From assembly GCA_023213395.1 (NCBI GenBank), contig CM041465.1, forward strand, positions 209,939,741 through 210,003,740: 64,000 nucleotides of DNA, read 5' to 3'. The notes under the pieces were generated by a model. That model was given only the letters and a program-made list of their open reading frames with translations, had not been told where the DNA came from and did no database searches. A program made the translations under genes and the position numbers. Source of the DNA: Cycas panzhihuaensis (taxonomy: Eukaryota; Plantae; Cycadophyta). Shown piece after piece: positions 13,330 to 25,989 of the stretch. Within the stretch, counting starts at the first letter, position 1; every line of letters begins with the position of its first letter.

Positions 13330-16300
13330 TTGTTCAAAAAATATTATGAACAATGGAAAAAGAAGCATATAGATGATTTTAGGCAACACATAATACAACA
13401 GTTAAATTCCACAAGATCTCTAAAGAAGTCATTAGAGTTATTATCTGCAATAGCGATAACATCAACGATTGCAAAAGGAGGAGCAAAACAAAAGCTACCA
13501 ACATTCAATGGGAAAGTAGACGAAGATCCAACAAGATATTGTAATATATGTGAAACGATATGGATGGTAAACGGTGAAATAGATAAGGACCACTAGTTAC
13601 AAGCATTTCCAACTACATTACGTGATGTTGCAAATGATTAGTTTAAAGAATTTAAAGAAGGCCATTTCAAGAACTGGACCAGTTTATGGGAAGCATTCAA
13701 AAATGAATTCAGATTATTAGGGGACGATAGCGAAGTGGTCGACCAAATATACAGCCTCAAGCAAAAAACTAAAGAAATGATAAGAAGTTATAATACAAAA
13801 TTAAAACGTTTAATCAAGAAGATGGAAAGTGAAGCAACAAATAAATTAAGGAAGAGATGGTTCTTAGAAGGATTACTTCCAAAATATAGAAGGAAACTAT
13901 AAGTGGTTCCTCCCTCATCATACCAGGAAGCGGTAGATCATGTTATGAGTCTTGAAATTGAAGAGAAAGTTTAAGCCTAACATCAAGAGAAAGTGATTGA
14001 AGCTAAAATAAAAGATGAATCCTCCATTGAAACCCTGAGAGAAGATCTGATGTGGATGTTCAAAGATTTCACATAAATTCGACTTAAAGACAGAAGCCAC
14101 ATATGGTGCATTAAATGTCAAACCTAAGGATACATGGAAATAAAATGTTTAGGAAATCAAGGGTGCAAATACTGCTATATATATAAAATGAGCGATCATG
14201 ACATTGACAAAAGCGGATGCAACATCTGTGCATGTAGGAGGCACGAACGAGACGTCTTCTTTACCAGTCAGGAAACTAACGGACCATCTCTTTGAAGGGG
14301 GCGAGGATTGGAATGACCAATATAAAGAGACGTTAAAGGACGACTAATGGTTCAATGTTTTCAATGTAAATAGTAGGGACATTTTAGCAAGGATTTCCCC
14401 AATCCAAGAAACAACACTCCAACATTGTGTCATTGGTGTGGACCATGCAATCATGATGATGATCAGTGCCCTAACTAGCAAAATAAAAATGTCAATCGTG
14501 TAGGAGTACTATCACAAGGTAAAAGAGATGATGCAATTCAAACATTACCAACATATGTAGTATATATAAGGAGGGCCAAATAATAAGAGTATCCTAACCC
14601 TTCTGAGGAAAAAGAATGCTTAATAAAAGCCAAGGAGTTGGTATAATCAATATAAGAATAACAACACAGTGCAAGTCTGACAACCTCACAACTTGTTGAA
14701 CCAATAATAAAGCAAGGTAATGAAGCCACTACTTCCGTATTGGATCAATTTCTACAAAGCGAGATAAGATAAAGTTTTTGACATTACTTGAAAATGATGT
14801 AATACTATTACAAGCATTAGAAGACTATATATACCAATTCAAGTCAAAGAAAACAAAAGTTGCTCAAGAATCATCAAGAAACTGCACCCAAAATAATCCA
14901 CTATCATGTCAACCCCAAGTAAAATATTATATACGATCTTTAAGAATCAATCAGGATATAGTCATTTCAATGACAGTACTAGGGCATACACTTCATAATA
15001 CTATAATCAATGAATGGGCAATAGTAAATATTATTCCAGTAACAACATGGCAAAGAATTGGCAAACCTACACTATGGCCACCTACCTTCTGACTTTGGTT
15101 GGCTAATCAACATGAGGTACAACCACTGGGCATGATGCAGGCATAAAAAGTACAAATAAGGAACCAAGAGTTTGTAGTAGATTTTGTTGCGATACCTATG
15201 ATTGAAGAAACACCTCCATCCTATGAGGCACTTTTAGGCTGACCATGATTACAAATAGTGTGCGTACTCTAAAACTGTAGACACAATACATTGACGGTAA
15301 AGCAAAAAGGGAAGGAATAATTAATTAACTTAAATCATCATACTAAAAGAGAAGAACTAATGGATTCTAGCTCTTCCTATGATGATAGTGATATTAACGG
15401 TAATGAATGTATTGGCAGTACTAAAGACGATCACCCTCTAAGTACAATATTGATATTGATAATAAATGTGAACCGATTAAAGGTGTTTTGTATTTAGATG
15501 CATGTTTTAAAGATGATCTAGAATCAACTAGTGGATTATTTCATTGGTAACAATAAGAATATGAAATGTTTTCATTCTATCTCATCAAAACAGAACCACT
15601 AAATAGCAAAACTATTTACCAGATTAAAGATACTAATAATCATCATGAATACCCCAACCATTTTTATAAAATTACAAAAGGAGACCAAACAGTACTTCAA
15701 AATCCAATACATAACTTTGACAAAGATGAACTTTTTTATGAGAAAGTACCACAACAACCTATAAATTTGGGAACTGAACACAATAAACAAACAATAATGA
15801 TGGGGAACACTTGAAACCCAATATTGATGGCAACAAGAATGAAAATTTTCATAAAATATAAAGATGTTTTTGCTTGGACATATAAGGATTTAAGAGGAAT
15901 ACCAAGAGAACTATACGAACATAAAATAGAATTAATACCTAGATCAAAATCGATAAAACACGGACCATACCAAATGAACCCTAAATATGCAGAATAAGTG
16001 GATGCAAAAATCAAGAAAATGTTAGACACACGAATCATATTCAAAGTGGATACAAGTGATTGGGTGTCACCAATAATAGTAGTTCTTAAGAAAAATGAGA
16101 AATTATGTGTTTGTGTTTATTTTTGAAAATTGAACACAATAACTTATAAAGACCCATTCTCCATTCCGTTCACTAACACCATATTAGAAGAAGTTATAGG
16201 ACATGATGTGTATTCATTTTTAGACAGTTTTTCAGGTTACAATCAAATAAGTATTGCAAAAAAAGACATGTTAAAAACTACATTCATTATTCAAACTGGA

Positions 16301-18490
16301 ATTTTTGCGTACAACCACATGCCCTTTGGACTTTACAATGACCTCGTCACCTTTTAACAAATAATCATGCACAAATTTGATCAATTATTGTCAAAATCAG
16401 TAAAAGTATTTTTAGATAATTAGTTCATTTATGGAAGCATTAAGCAACACCTTCCACTATTAATAGAGTGTTTGGAAATTTATCAAAAAATAAGATTATC
16501 ATTAAACCCATAAAAAATGTCAGTTTTTAGTTCTGTACAGAAAATTGTTGAGACATATTGTATGTGCTCAAGGGTTAAAAATAGATCCAGACAAGATCAA
16601 AGTTATTATCAACCTAGTGCCACCATCAAATAATATAGAAGTACAAATTTTTCTTAGACACATAGGGTGCTACTGTCGATTCATAAAACGATTTTCCCAT
16701 ATTGCACATACTCTCGAAGAATTATTACGAAGAAGGGTAAGTTTCACTTGGGGAAATGAGCAACCCTAACATTAGCTCATCTGTATTGGATAAAAGAATT
16801 TCATATTTACATAGATACATCTCAAATAGTAATCAAATATACACTTGCTCAAGAATGTAGTCACAAGCTAGACTTACCTATTTATTTTGCTAATAAACAT
16901 TTGAACAAAGCAAAAAAAAAATACTCAACAACTAAAAGAAGAGCATTAGGGATGATATATGCTATACAAAACGTCTGGTATTACTTTTTAGCAAATCCCT
17001 TTGTATTTTTTATGGATCACCAAGCTCTTCTATATATGATCAACAAGCCTATCATCCAAGGAAGAACAAGTTGATGGCTATTATTGTTACAAGAATTCAA
17101 CTTTAAGGTAGTAGTTCAACCAGGATGAACGCATGTAGTTGTTGATTATTTATATAAAATTCAGACAGGAGAAGAACCCTATGATGTGAATGATGATTTT
17201 CCAGATGCTATACTTTTTCAAGTAATCATAACACTCCTAAGTTATGACGATATAACAAGATACTTAAGTTCAAGATCATTTCCTATAAACATGCCTTCAC
17301 AACAACATAAAGATCTTAGTAAAAAAATAACACCCTATCAAATTCTAGGAGGCCTTCTATATAAATTAAGAAAAGGCTATATATTAATATGATGTGTGAT
17401 TCCAAAAGAAGTACCATCAATACTTAGTGAAGCACAAAGGTACTATAGGTGGTCATATGGGCCCTAAAACTATAGCCAAAAAAATATTATTATTAGGACG
17501 ATGGTGGCTACAATTATTTAAGGATACAAAAAAATACATATCAATATGCAACATTTGTCAATGAATAGGATAACCCTCTAACACGACTTTACGCCCTTAC
17601 AACTGTCTTTGGCTTTAGGGGTTTTTGAACAATGGGGATTAGATTTCGTCAGGCCTTTCAAACACGTTACATATACGAACCAGGTAAAATATATCATAGT
17701 AGCAACAGATTACGTCACAGAGTGGGTTAAGGCAAAGGCACTTTAAGATAATTCAGCACAAAGTACAACTATATTTCTCTATGAAAATATTATCACTAGA
17801 TTTGGATGTCCATTGGAATTTGTCAGTGATAGAGGAATACATTTTATAGATGAGACAATGTATTGCTTAACTTAAGAATTTATGATCACACATCATAAGT
17901 CAACACCCTATTATCCACGAGCCAATGGACAAGCAGAGTCAAGCAATAAAATAATAGTCACAATGCTAACAAAATTATGTAATGCAAATAAAAACAATCG
18001 GTTGAAACCACTACATTTAGTATTGTGGCTTTTAGGGTTGCCTATAAAACTTCAACTAGTCATACACTATTCCAATTAGTATGTGGGATAGAAGTGGTTC
18101 TTCCCATAGAATTTATAGTGTCAAGCCTAAGAATTGCAGTCCAACAATGATGGCCAAATGTAGAAGGTATCCAAGACTGACTAGAAGCCATTCTTGCTCT
18201 TGATGAAAAATGACAACACGCACAGTGGGTAATGAATACAATACAACAACAAAGGAAGGAATGACACAATAGAAAGATATGTCTAAAAACATTTAAAGAA
18301 TGATACATGGTGCTTAAATATGATGGAAAACATTTTATAAAGCCTTGTAAGTTGAAAATCTATTAGCTCGGTCTATTTATAGTTTAAAAAAAAATTGAAA
18401 ATGGTTCAGTTAAAATAACACATATCAATGACTATGGACAAACAATTGTAGCGAATGGGTGAAAACTAAAACCATATAAAACTAAGATGA
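13330..18490 (+). pseudogene. gag-pol: B gag-pol (gag, Zn knuckles, PR, RT, RNase H, integrase; no chromodomain)
   Basis: KLPTFNGKVDEDP, degraded CCHC motifs 14100-14470, WVSPIIVVLKK, YSFLDSFSGYNQI, MPFGL, WGLDFVRP, ATDYVTEWV, STPYYPRANGQAESSNK. Confidence 0.92.
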
Positions 18491-19020
18491 AAGTCTATAA
18501 CAAGATTGTCATGACAACCAACCTCACTGAAATCCCAATTAATTGAAACGTAGATGCAAGGGGTGATCATATCAATGTTAATGCATTGAATACCAGTCAA
18601 ACTCCATATTTAAACATGCTTGGGCCAAAACAATATTAAGATGGATGACCACTTGGCAAGTCCAACATTGCACCCTATCCTAAATAAAAATTTAAAAAAA
18701 AAGCATATCACTAAGCAAAGGAAAAGAAACTTACAAGGATTCCCCTAGTAATGACAAGCAAACTAGGAAGAGTCCAGCATGAAAATTAGGTGGCATCGTC
18801 ATCTAAATTGTAACCTGTAGAAGCATCTTCAATAATGGACTAGGCCCAAGTCCCCTAGAAGGGGGTTCCTGAGAGGGTGAGAGCCCTGTCAGGTTTAGAC
18901 TCTATTGCATCACAAGGCATTATCTGTAAGTCAGGTTGTTTAGGAATGCAGTCTTAATCGGGTGGTAAATTTTGTCTAAGGCTAAATATAGGTAAGGGGT
19001 TAATAGCAAAAAAGTACTAT

Positions 19021-19054
<34 letters not shown>

Positions 19055-19174
19055 TAACAAAAAAAAAAAAGAGGTTGGCGGGGGAGGGGAAGATAAATTT
19101 TAAAAAAAGAAAAAGAAAGATCGGTAGTCGAGCGGTCGATAGATCGACGCATGGTCGATCCCAGCCAGCCCATG

Positions 19175-19334
19175 AAAACCACAGGCCTACCCATGGTTTT
19201 CATCCAAAACAAGAGGACGAAAACCATGGCCACTAGCCCATGGTTTGCCTAAATGAAGGGGTAAAAACTAGGAGCACTAGCCCATGGTTTGACTAAACGA
19301 AAGGGCAAAAACCATGGGCACTAGCCCATGGTTT
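19175..19334. repeat. Four tandem ~44-bp units, each with a palindromic core AAACCATGGGC-ACTA-GCCCATGGTTT
   Basis: Units at ~19175, 19220, 19263, 19307; the last has a perfect 11-bp stem and 4-nt loop. Confidence 0.85.
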
Positions 19335-19567
19335 CCCCAGAACTAGGGGTTGACCCACCATCAGACACAATTATAAAATCAAGTATAGATTGTTAATTTC
19401 ACAATCTACTTCTCCATCTTTGATGCTTGTGCTAGTAGAGATCGTGAACAAGGAGATAATTTGGAGGTACAAGAATAGAGTGACAACTTAGAGGTGCAAG
19501 AATTATGTCTAGATTTGCAAGATTTGCCCAGACTACTTTGTTGTTTGCAGTTGAATCTTCGTAGAAG

Positions 19568-21230
19568 ATGACTGAGGATGATGTAGATGTAAAGTTAGCA
19601 TTTGAAATTGAAGGACACCAAAATAGATGGCAGTTACTGGACTCCCTAGTGCTACAAAAATGGGTAGAACTGGAAGATGAAGATCACATTGCCTTATTAA
19701 GGGCACAATTGACAAGTAAAAAAATTATTCATGCAACCTCATTTCTAATTTTCTCTAAGAATTCCTAGAAATTATAAGACGTACTATAGGGCTATAACCC
19801 CATGGATCGGGTGTTAACAATTAATAGAAAAATTATAAGAATGGAGCCAAAAGATATAGCTAGATTAATAGGATTTCGAAGGAAGGTCATGAAGTTAAGA
19901 AAGCTTAAAATCTAACAACTGCAATGAAGAACTAGATCATTCAAACTATATGCAGGCGAGAATTTCATACTAAGCATGGGGGATGAGCCATTCTATTAAC
20001 ATATTTAAAGATTACAAATGTCATGGTTGTCGCAGTAATTATGTGTACGAGACTATTAGGGGAGTAGCGTTGTAATACATTACCATGGTGGACTGCACCG
20101 TATTTACAAGGGCTCATGAAGGGCACGATTTATAATTGGTCAGCCTTCATTTCGGAGAAGATGAAAACATCCTATGCTCATCTTATTACAGGGACATAAA
20201 CAAGTTTTAATTTTACCTTGTATTTACTAAGGTTGTGTTATGAGAAGTTCCATTTACTAGGATTAGCAAGGAACCCAACAATTTTGTTGCTCTCTACATT
20301 TCACAAGAATTTATCCACACCAAAGAAAATTTGACCAAAGGTCTAGAAGGAGGTCAAAACAGAAAAAATTAAAAAAATGTAAAATCATAATTATTCGAGG
20401 AACAGATGAATCTTTGTCTGCTACTTTGGCTAAAACAAATGGCTCATATGAAGACTACATAACAGATTATTCTGAATTTAGTTCAAGTGGAGGGGAGGAT
20501 GAAGAAATGGAAGAAGGCAAGGAGTCTATACCTAAAGACACTCATATTGTACTAGATCTAAATGTTCAAGCATCTTCTACTATTGATGGTGAAGTTGCAA
20601 GATGTGAGTTGATGGGAGCAGTGGGGACAGCGGTGCCATCTAGGATGGAGTTGGAACTAGAGAATCAACCGAAACTAGGAAAAGGGAAGAAGGCAACACT
20701 TCCTATTAGTATTTAAACTATGAGAAGCCACCATATATGAATGATGGATGCATATCAAACATGTTAAAATCACAAGAGTCATTGTTGAAGATAATGGAAG
20801 ACAAGTTTCAGAAGATAAATAGTTATGATCAACTGCAAAAGGACTTACAAGGAGTAAAAGAATCAACTAATAAAATGAAAGAGTTATGGCAAAAAAAAAA
20901 GAAAGAAAATGTAGCTAATTATTAAAAACAAATGAATAATTATATAATCAGCAGATTCACCATATTCAATGGATCAATGCACTTGAGGGGCACCTTCATC
21001 AAAGTGAAAAATAAGTCAAAGAATTGACAAGTCAGTTGGAGGATGAAAAAGCATGTCAGCAAAGAATACTCTAGTGTGTTAAAGTGGTTAGTTGTGAAAA
21101 TCAGAAATGGTAGTGCAAGGTAGAATTAAATCTTGTTTATTCTAAAGCATCCCCAGTTCTAGCTCAAGGTTCAACTCAGGGTGAAGCTTTAGATTCAACT
21201 TCTACTCTAGATCAAGTAATTACTTCTGAG
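19568..21230 (+). pseudogene. Additional decayed ORF of B between pol and 3' LTR (env-like position); acidic tract and predicted coiled coil
   Basis: Same-strand ORF pieces 19568-19768, 20414-20716, 20737-20925 linked by readable frames (GYNPMDRVLTI..DIARLIG, YNWSAFISEKM). Confidence 0.6.
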
Positions 21231-21262
21231 TGAGACACTCAGAACTAAAAGAGGGGGGTATA

Positions 21263-21621
21263 TGTTAGGACCTATTTTGTTAAATCACAAATAAAAGAAT
21301 TTGTTAAGTTTTGTAGTTAGAAGTAGTTACTGAATGAGGCAACAGTGCCCAAGAGTGTATATATATAATAAGGATGGATGAAGGGTATGCGATGTGGCGC
21401 ATCCTGATCCTAGTAGGTGGTTCTGAGTTTACATGGTATGATTACATACAGTTTCTATACATCCAACTTTGACATAATATAATTGATGTTGTGTACATTT
21501 GATGTTATGTTTCTAATACAGTTTATATGTTATTCATATATTGCACTATTTATATTATTCATATTGTGTTGATCATATTGCAGTACCATCTAATCTCTTC
21601 CTAGTGTGAATCTATATTTCT
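21263..21621 (+). repeat. 3' LTR of B
   Basis: Follows PPT; aligns to split 5' LTR. Confidence 0.88.
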
Positions 21622-21626
21622 ACAGT

Positions 21627-24060
21627 TAACAATGGTCTATAAATCTTCTTAAGTCTAAGGAAGATACAAAAGTGCATTAAGTTTTTGGGCGTAGGCCAAG
21701 AAGTGATAGTGGAGATTTTGTCAAGGTCAATTCGGATGCCTTCTATTAAAATGATGTATCCTAGGTATTACAACTCTGTCTTGCCAAATTCGCACTTTGA
21801 TTACTTAGTATAGAGTTTTTGTTGAGCAAGGATTTAGAGAACTTTTTCCAAATTCTTAAGGTGAAGGGGCATGCTAGAGTTATAGACAAGCATGTCATAA
21901 AAAAAAATGACAAACTGGTCTAAAAAGTGGCACTTGAAACTCAAAGTGGCCATTATGTGTGTGAAATGTAATTTTGTGGCAGTCTTCCGGGGTGATAGGT
22001 ATCTAGTAATAGTTGGATTAAAGGTCAAATTTAGAAAATATAGTGGCACCATGGGTTTCATCAAACATATCATCAATCCTAGATGTGGGAAATTTATTTT
22101 TAATTGTAATCTTATTGAGTTCCCTATAGTCCACACACAAGGAGAATGAACCATCATTTTTTTAGACTAGGATAATTAAGGTTATGTAAGGATTCTTATT
22201 GGGTTGTATAACTCCCATGCCCATGAGTTCAGTTGTAATACTTTCAATTTCATGCTTTTGAAAATATGAGTTATGGCATGGCCTTAGGCTAGTTGGATCA
22301 TGGGGGTGGTTAAGCTTGATTAAGTGGTAGAATCCAAGATCTAGGCGAGATGGTGGCTAGAATGGTTTCAAAAATAGACTAGTATTTGGTGATTAGATTT
22401 TAAATATTGGGGTTGGCCATGGCATGCGCTTCGATATTATTAAGATGAATTATGTATCCCACATTATTGTTTAAGCGTCAGCACATCCTGTTAAGAGAAA
22501 TAAGCTTATTGGGGGGAGGTTGCATCCTATAAAGTTTATGGGTTTGCCCATGATTGTCTCTAAATAGTATGAATGGGTTATTTACAAAATTATTAATGTT
22601 ATAAGTACCTAGCATTTAGAGCTACTAGACCCTAAGGATGGCATCGAACCCATCTATAGATAGGTCATAGAAGCCTAAAGTCTAAGTGTATGTGCCTATT
22701 TGAATTTGTACATTTTTTATTGTACATGTATAATGGAGGGTGAGATGATTAGGTAGAGAACAAGTAAATCTAATTTTGAGTACAATATATATGTTGAGTT
22801 GACAAGCCAAGGATATGTCAATAAAGTTTATCATTGTGACAACATCAATTATGGGAGTGATAAGTGTCTGTTTAAGTGTTCCTTTGACTGAGAGAGGTTT
22901 TGGGCATGATATAAAAGAGACAATTAATGGTGAGGCTTCGAGTTCTTATGGTAAGGAGGGATCTCAGGGTGGGATCTCATCAACAATCTGGTCAGGATTG
23001 TTGTAATCGGTGTCAGAATCATCTTCCAAATCAACATCAATGTTACAAATAATCTTTTTAGCTCTACATACTTAATTATGATCGAGGGTCTATTTTTCTA
23101 AGTATTCGATATAGAGGTCAGTTTTCATCCTTCCATTTACCTTATTAGGAGGAACATGGATCAGATCTAAAGAAGGTACAATTATGGACAATTATTTCTA
23201 GTCAAACTCTCATGGTCGTGGTCAGTATTTTGCCAACTGTGGGCATTAATACCAACTGGAATCCTAATGAAAGTTGGGTTAGCATTCTGATACAAACTTT
23301 GTTTCTACTACCTTGGCCATGGTGATGACATCTAGAAGAGTTGGAAGGGTAAGTATCTTTAAGCACATTTGAATGTGCTTCTTCAGTCCTACTATGTATA
23401 CTTCAGTGAGTGTCACATGGTCAAACTGCTAAGAAACTTTGTTAAGAAGTACCTGAAACTCTTATGTGTATAGTTTGACTGATATGGTTTGCTTTAGCTA
23501 AGTGAGTTTGCTAAAGAAGGATTGATTCCAGGTGTCCTCATATTGTTTGAAGAAATTCTTATAGAAAAGGGCCCATGTCTAAACTTGGTTTTCTTTCTGC
23601 TACCAATAGAACCAATGGTAGGCCTTATCTTCTAAGTGGATGGAAGTAAAAGTCAATTGCTTGTCAGGGGCCATTGGGTTAAGGGTAAAGTGTGATTTGA
23701 GCTTATTGATGCAACTTTTAGTCAAGTCCTTATTAAGATCATGATCAAATGTGGGTATATTAATCTTGTAGTGCCATGGGTGTTGACTTAGTGTCAATGA
23801 CAAGAATACCAGTGGAAGTGTTCCACCTGTCGAGTTCGAGGTGGAGGGTGTATTGGTCATACTTGTTAAAAGTTTGATGAGCTCTATGGTGACATGTGCC
23901 ATTTGTGCTATGAAACTATTGGCCATGGATGTGAGGCTATTGTTGAGATTGGCAATTTCTTTAGATAAATTATCTTTTATTTGTATCATATTAATGCTAA
24001 TGCCCTTGACTTGTGCTTCAAGTGCTTGGATCTTTTTAGCTTGTGTGGGGGCCATTATAG
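21627..24060 (-). pseudogene. gag-pol: A gag, protease and RT
   Basis: ORF 23600-24175 (KINIPTFD..FTSIHLEDKAYHWF), [17 protein letters not shown]-type motif ~22090-22140, FFYDMLVY (FFDD), VEYLG. Confidence 0.88.
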
Positions 24061-25597
24061 TTGTATCTCTTACTATTGCAAACTGTTGTGAAGAAGAAGG
24101 GAATACAAATAAGAGGGTTGAAAGGGAGAAGAAAGGGTCACCAAGAAAAGGGATTAGAGAGAGAATGGTATCCAAGAGGTGGGACTAATATAGAAGGATG
24201 GGGGTAGAGGTGTTTATAACATGTTAACCTCCTAAGTATAAATATGTGGATGGGGTCAAAATTAGGTAACAATCCCACTTAGTACATCACGATGAGTGTA
24301 TTGAGCTCATCAGAATGGCACTTATGAGATTATATGTGATTTTTGTGCTGGTGGAGCTAACTTGCCAGTTTTTACTAAAAGGAAAAGGTTGAAATTGATT
24401 TAGCCTAGAATGATCAATGCAACATGCTAATTAAAATAAGATGTATATATGATTAGGTGAAATTTTTGGCCTGATACTCTTTTTTTCTTGTCTCAAGTCT
24501 ACTAGTGTAGGTTTCGTCTAAATTAGACAAGTATTTCTTGAAGTGGCCCTATGGACTAAGTGGGGCCTTTCCCTTTTTTATTGTTTTCTTAAGGCAAACT
24601 CTATATTGAAAAACTAGGGTGTGGGGATTAAAAATTGAGTTGAAGGTTTGGATAGGAAGCCTTCAAATATTCTATTGTTGTGTTTATACTACGTGTCAAA
24701 GTTGTCATATTGTTATGTCTATAATATAGGTCGGTGATGTTGTTCTATTGATGTTGCAATTTTCAATGTTCTTTTATAATTTAGGGTTTGGTGGCATATT
24801 CAATTATTTTTAGACATTTAGTGGTCCTAATGGATTGTGTTATCTTGCGAAAATATAATAATCTCAGATTATCTTGTAAAATTATAATAGTCTTAAGATT
24901 ATCTTGTAAGAGTCCAATAATATTTGATGCAAAGGTCAACCTATTAATTCTGATAAAGGATCACCTAATTCCACATGGCCTTCAATAAACTTCTATGTCA
25001 TTACTTATTCTCAGCCCATCATCTCATGGCACTAACTACAAAGGACCTCTACACCCATACTTGCGAAAGGCATGTAGAGGTGTTGAGGAAGAGTAGCTTC
25101 CCGGTGCTAACTATTAACCAATGTATTGTAGAAGATAGGTGGATGATAGTTTTCCTACAACTAGGTAAGGTAGGGGAACCTAAGGAGGCTCTCTAATATA
25201 CATGAAGGTATGTCAAAGCCCAATCCCATAACTAAGTTCTGTTTAAGGCTTGCTTAAGCAGTTGTATTTGCTTTGCTTCATGTATAAACATATACCCACG
25301 TATGCTTGACGCAAAATGACAGATCCTTGTGATATTTAAAGACCCCTAGTATGAGATCTCTACCTAATAGTTAAGGGAAGGGGGAGGAAGGATGTGTTGC
25401 CTACTTGTAGCTTGTTGCAAAACTTCAAAGATAAAAAATAAAAGTAGAATAAAAAAATAAAAATTAATACAAAGGATAGGGTATGTAGAGTTTCATCGAG
25501 GGGAATTCTTTTCCCTTGTCCCCCTTTGCTACTCTTGCTCCCTTTCTGAACTTAATTTCCTTCCATGACTAATCTGCAACTCAACTTTGATACTGCT

Positions 25598-25989
25598 TCA
25601 AGTATAACTTTCTTAAGTATTTCTTGTATAGTAGCAATTAAGTAACTTAAAGGGCATAAGATAATGATTAAGGTCATTCAATTTTAGTACAAAGAGGAAA
25701 TAAAAAGCAAAAATGAACATAAATTTGAATGCTAAATTGGTACCAAATCATACAATAGTATGATCTCTTAATATTATTTCAACATAATAATACATGTACA
25801 TTTCTTGAGCATTAAATAGGCAATGATGGCCACTTTATATAGAATCTTATTTGAGGGATAAGTAGTCTGCAATCCTATTGGTGGGCTAAAGGCCAACGCA
25901 CAAAAGTTAATGGCTAGTGTTAACCATCAGGTTGCATGATCATATATGCCGACAGTTACTCTCCATGGTTAGTAAGCAATTATGTAACA
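25598..25989 (-). repeat. 5' LTR of A
   Basis: Starts TGTTACATAA on - strand; followed by degenerate PBS; aligns to 4316-4711. Confidence 0.88.

Larger units (their letters stand above)
6685..21621 (+). mobile_element. Non-chromovirus (Athila/Tat superclade, Athila-like) Ty3/gypsy element B inserted into pol of A
   Basis: LTRs both start TGTTAGGACCTATTTTGTTAAAT (6685, 21263); PPT AAAAGAGGGGGG (~21247-21258); direct repeat ACAGT at 6680-6684 and 21622-21626; A's RT/RH linker resumes on both sides. Confidence 0.9.
4316..25989 (-). mobile_element. Full-length but decayed chromovirus Ty3/gypsy element A (contains B and C)
   Basis: Homologous LTRs 4316-4711 and 25598-25989; PPT TCAAGGGAGGGGACC at 4712-4726; degenerate Met-type PBS ~25585-25597; TSD CTAAG (4311-4315)/CCAAG (25990-25994); gag-PR-RT-RH-INT-chromodomain order on - strand. 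Confidence 0.9.

Noticed and set aside
19175-19334. CRISPR-like repeat-spacer appearance
   Set aside because: Spacers are only ~17-20 nt and resemble each other (GCCTAAATGAAGGGGTA vs GACTAAACGAAAGGGCA). The context is a plant retrotransposon with no cas genes, so this is a tandem repeat.
23841-24188. 115-aa hydrophobic ORF resembling a membrane protein
   Set aside because: Antisense shadow of A gag; no independent support
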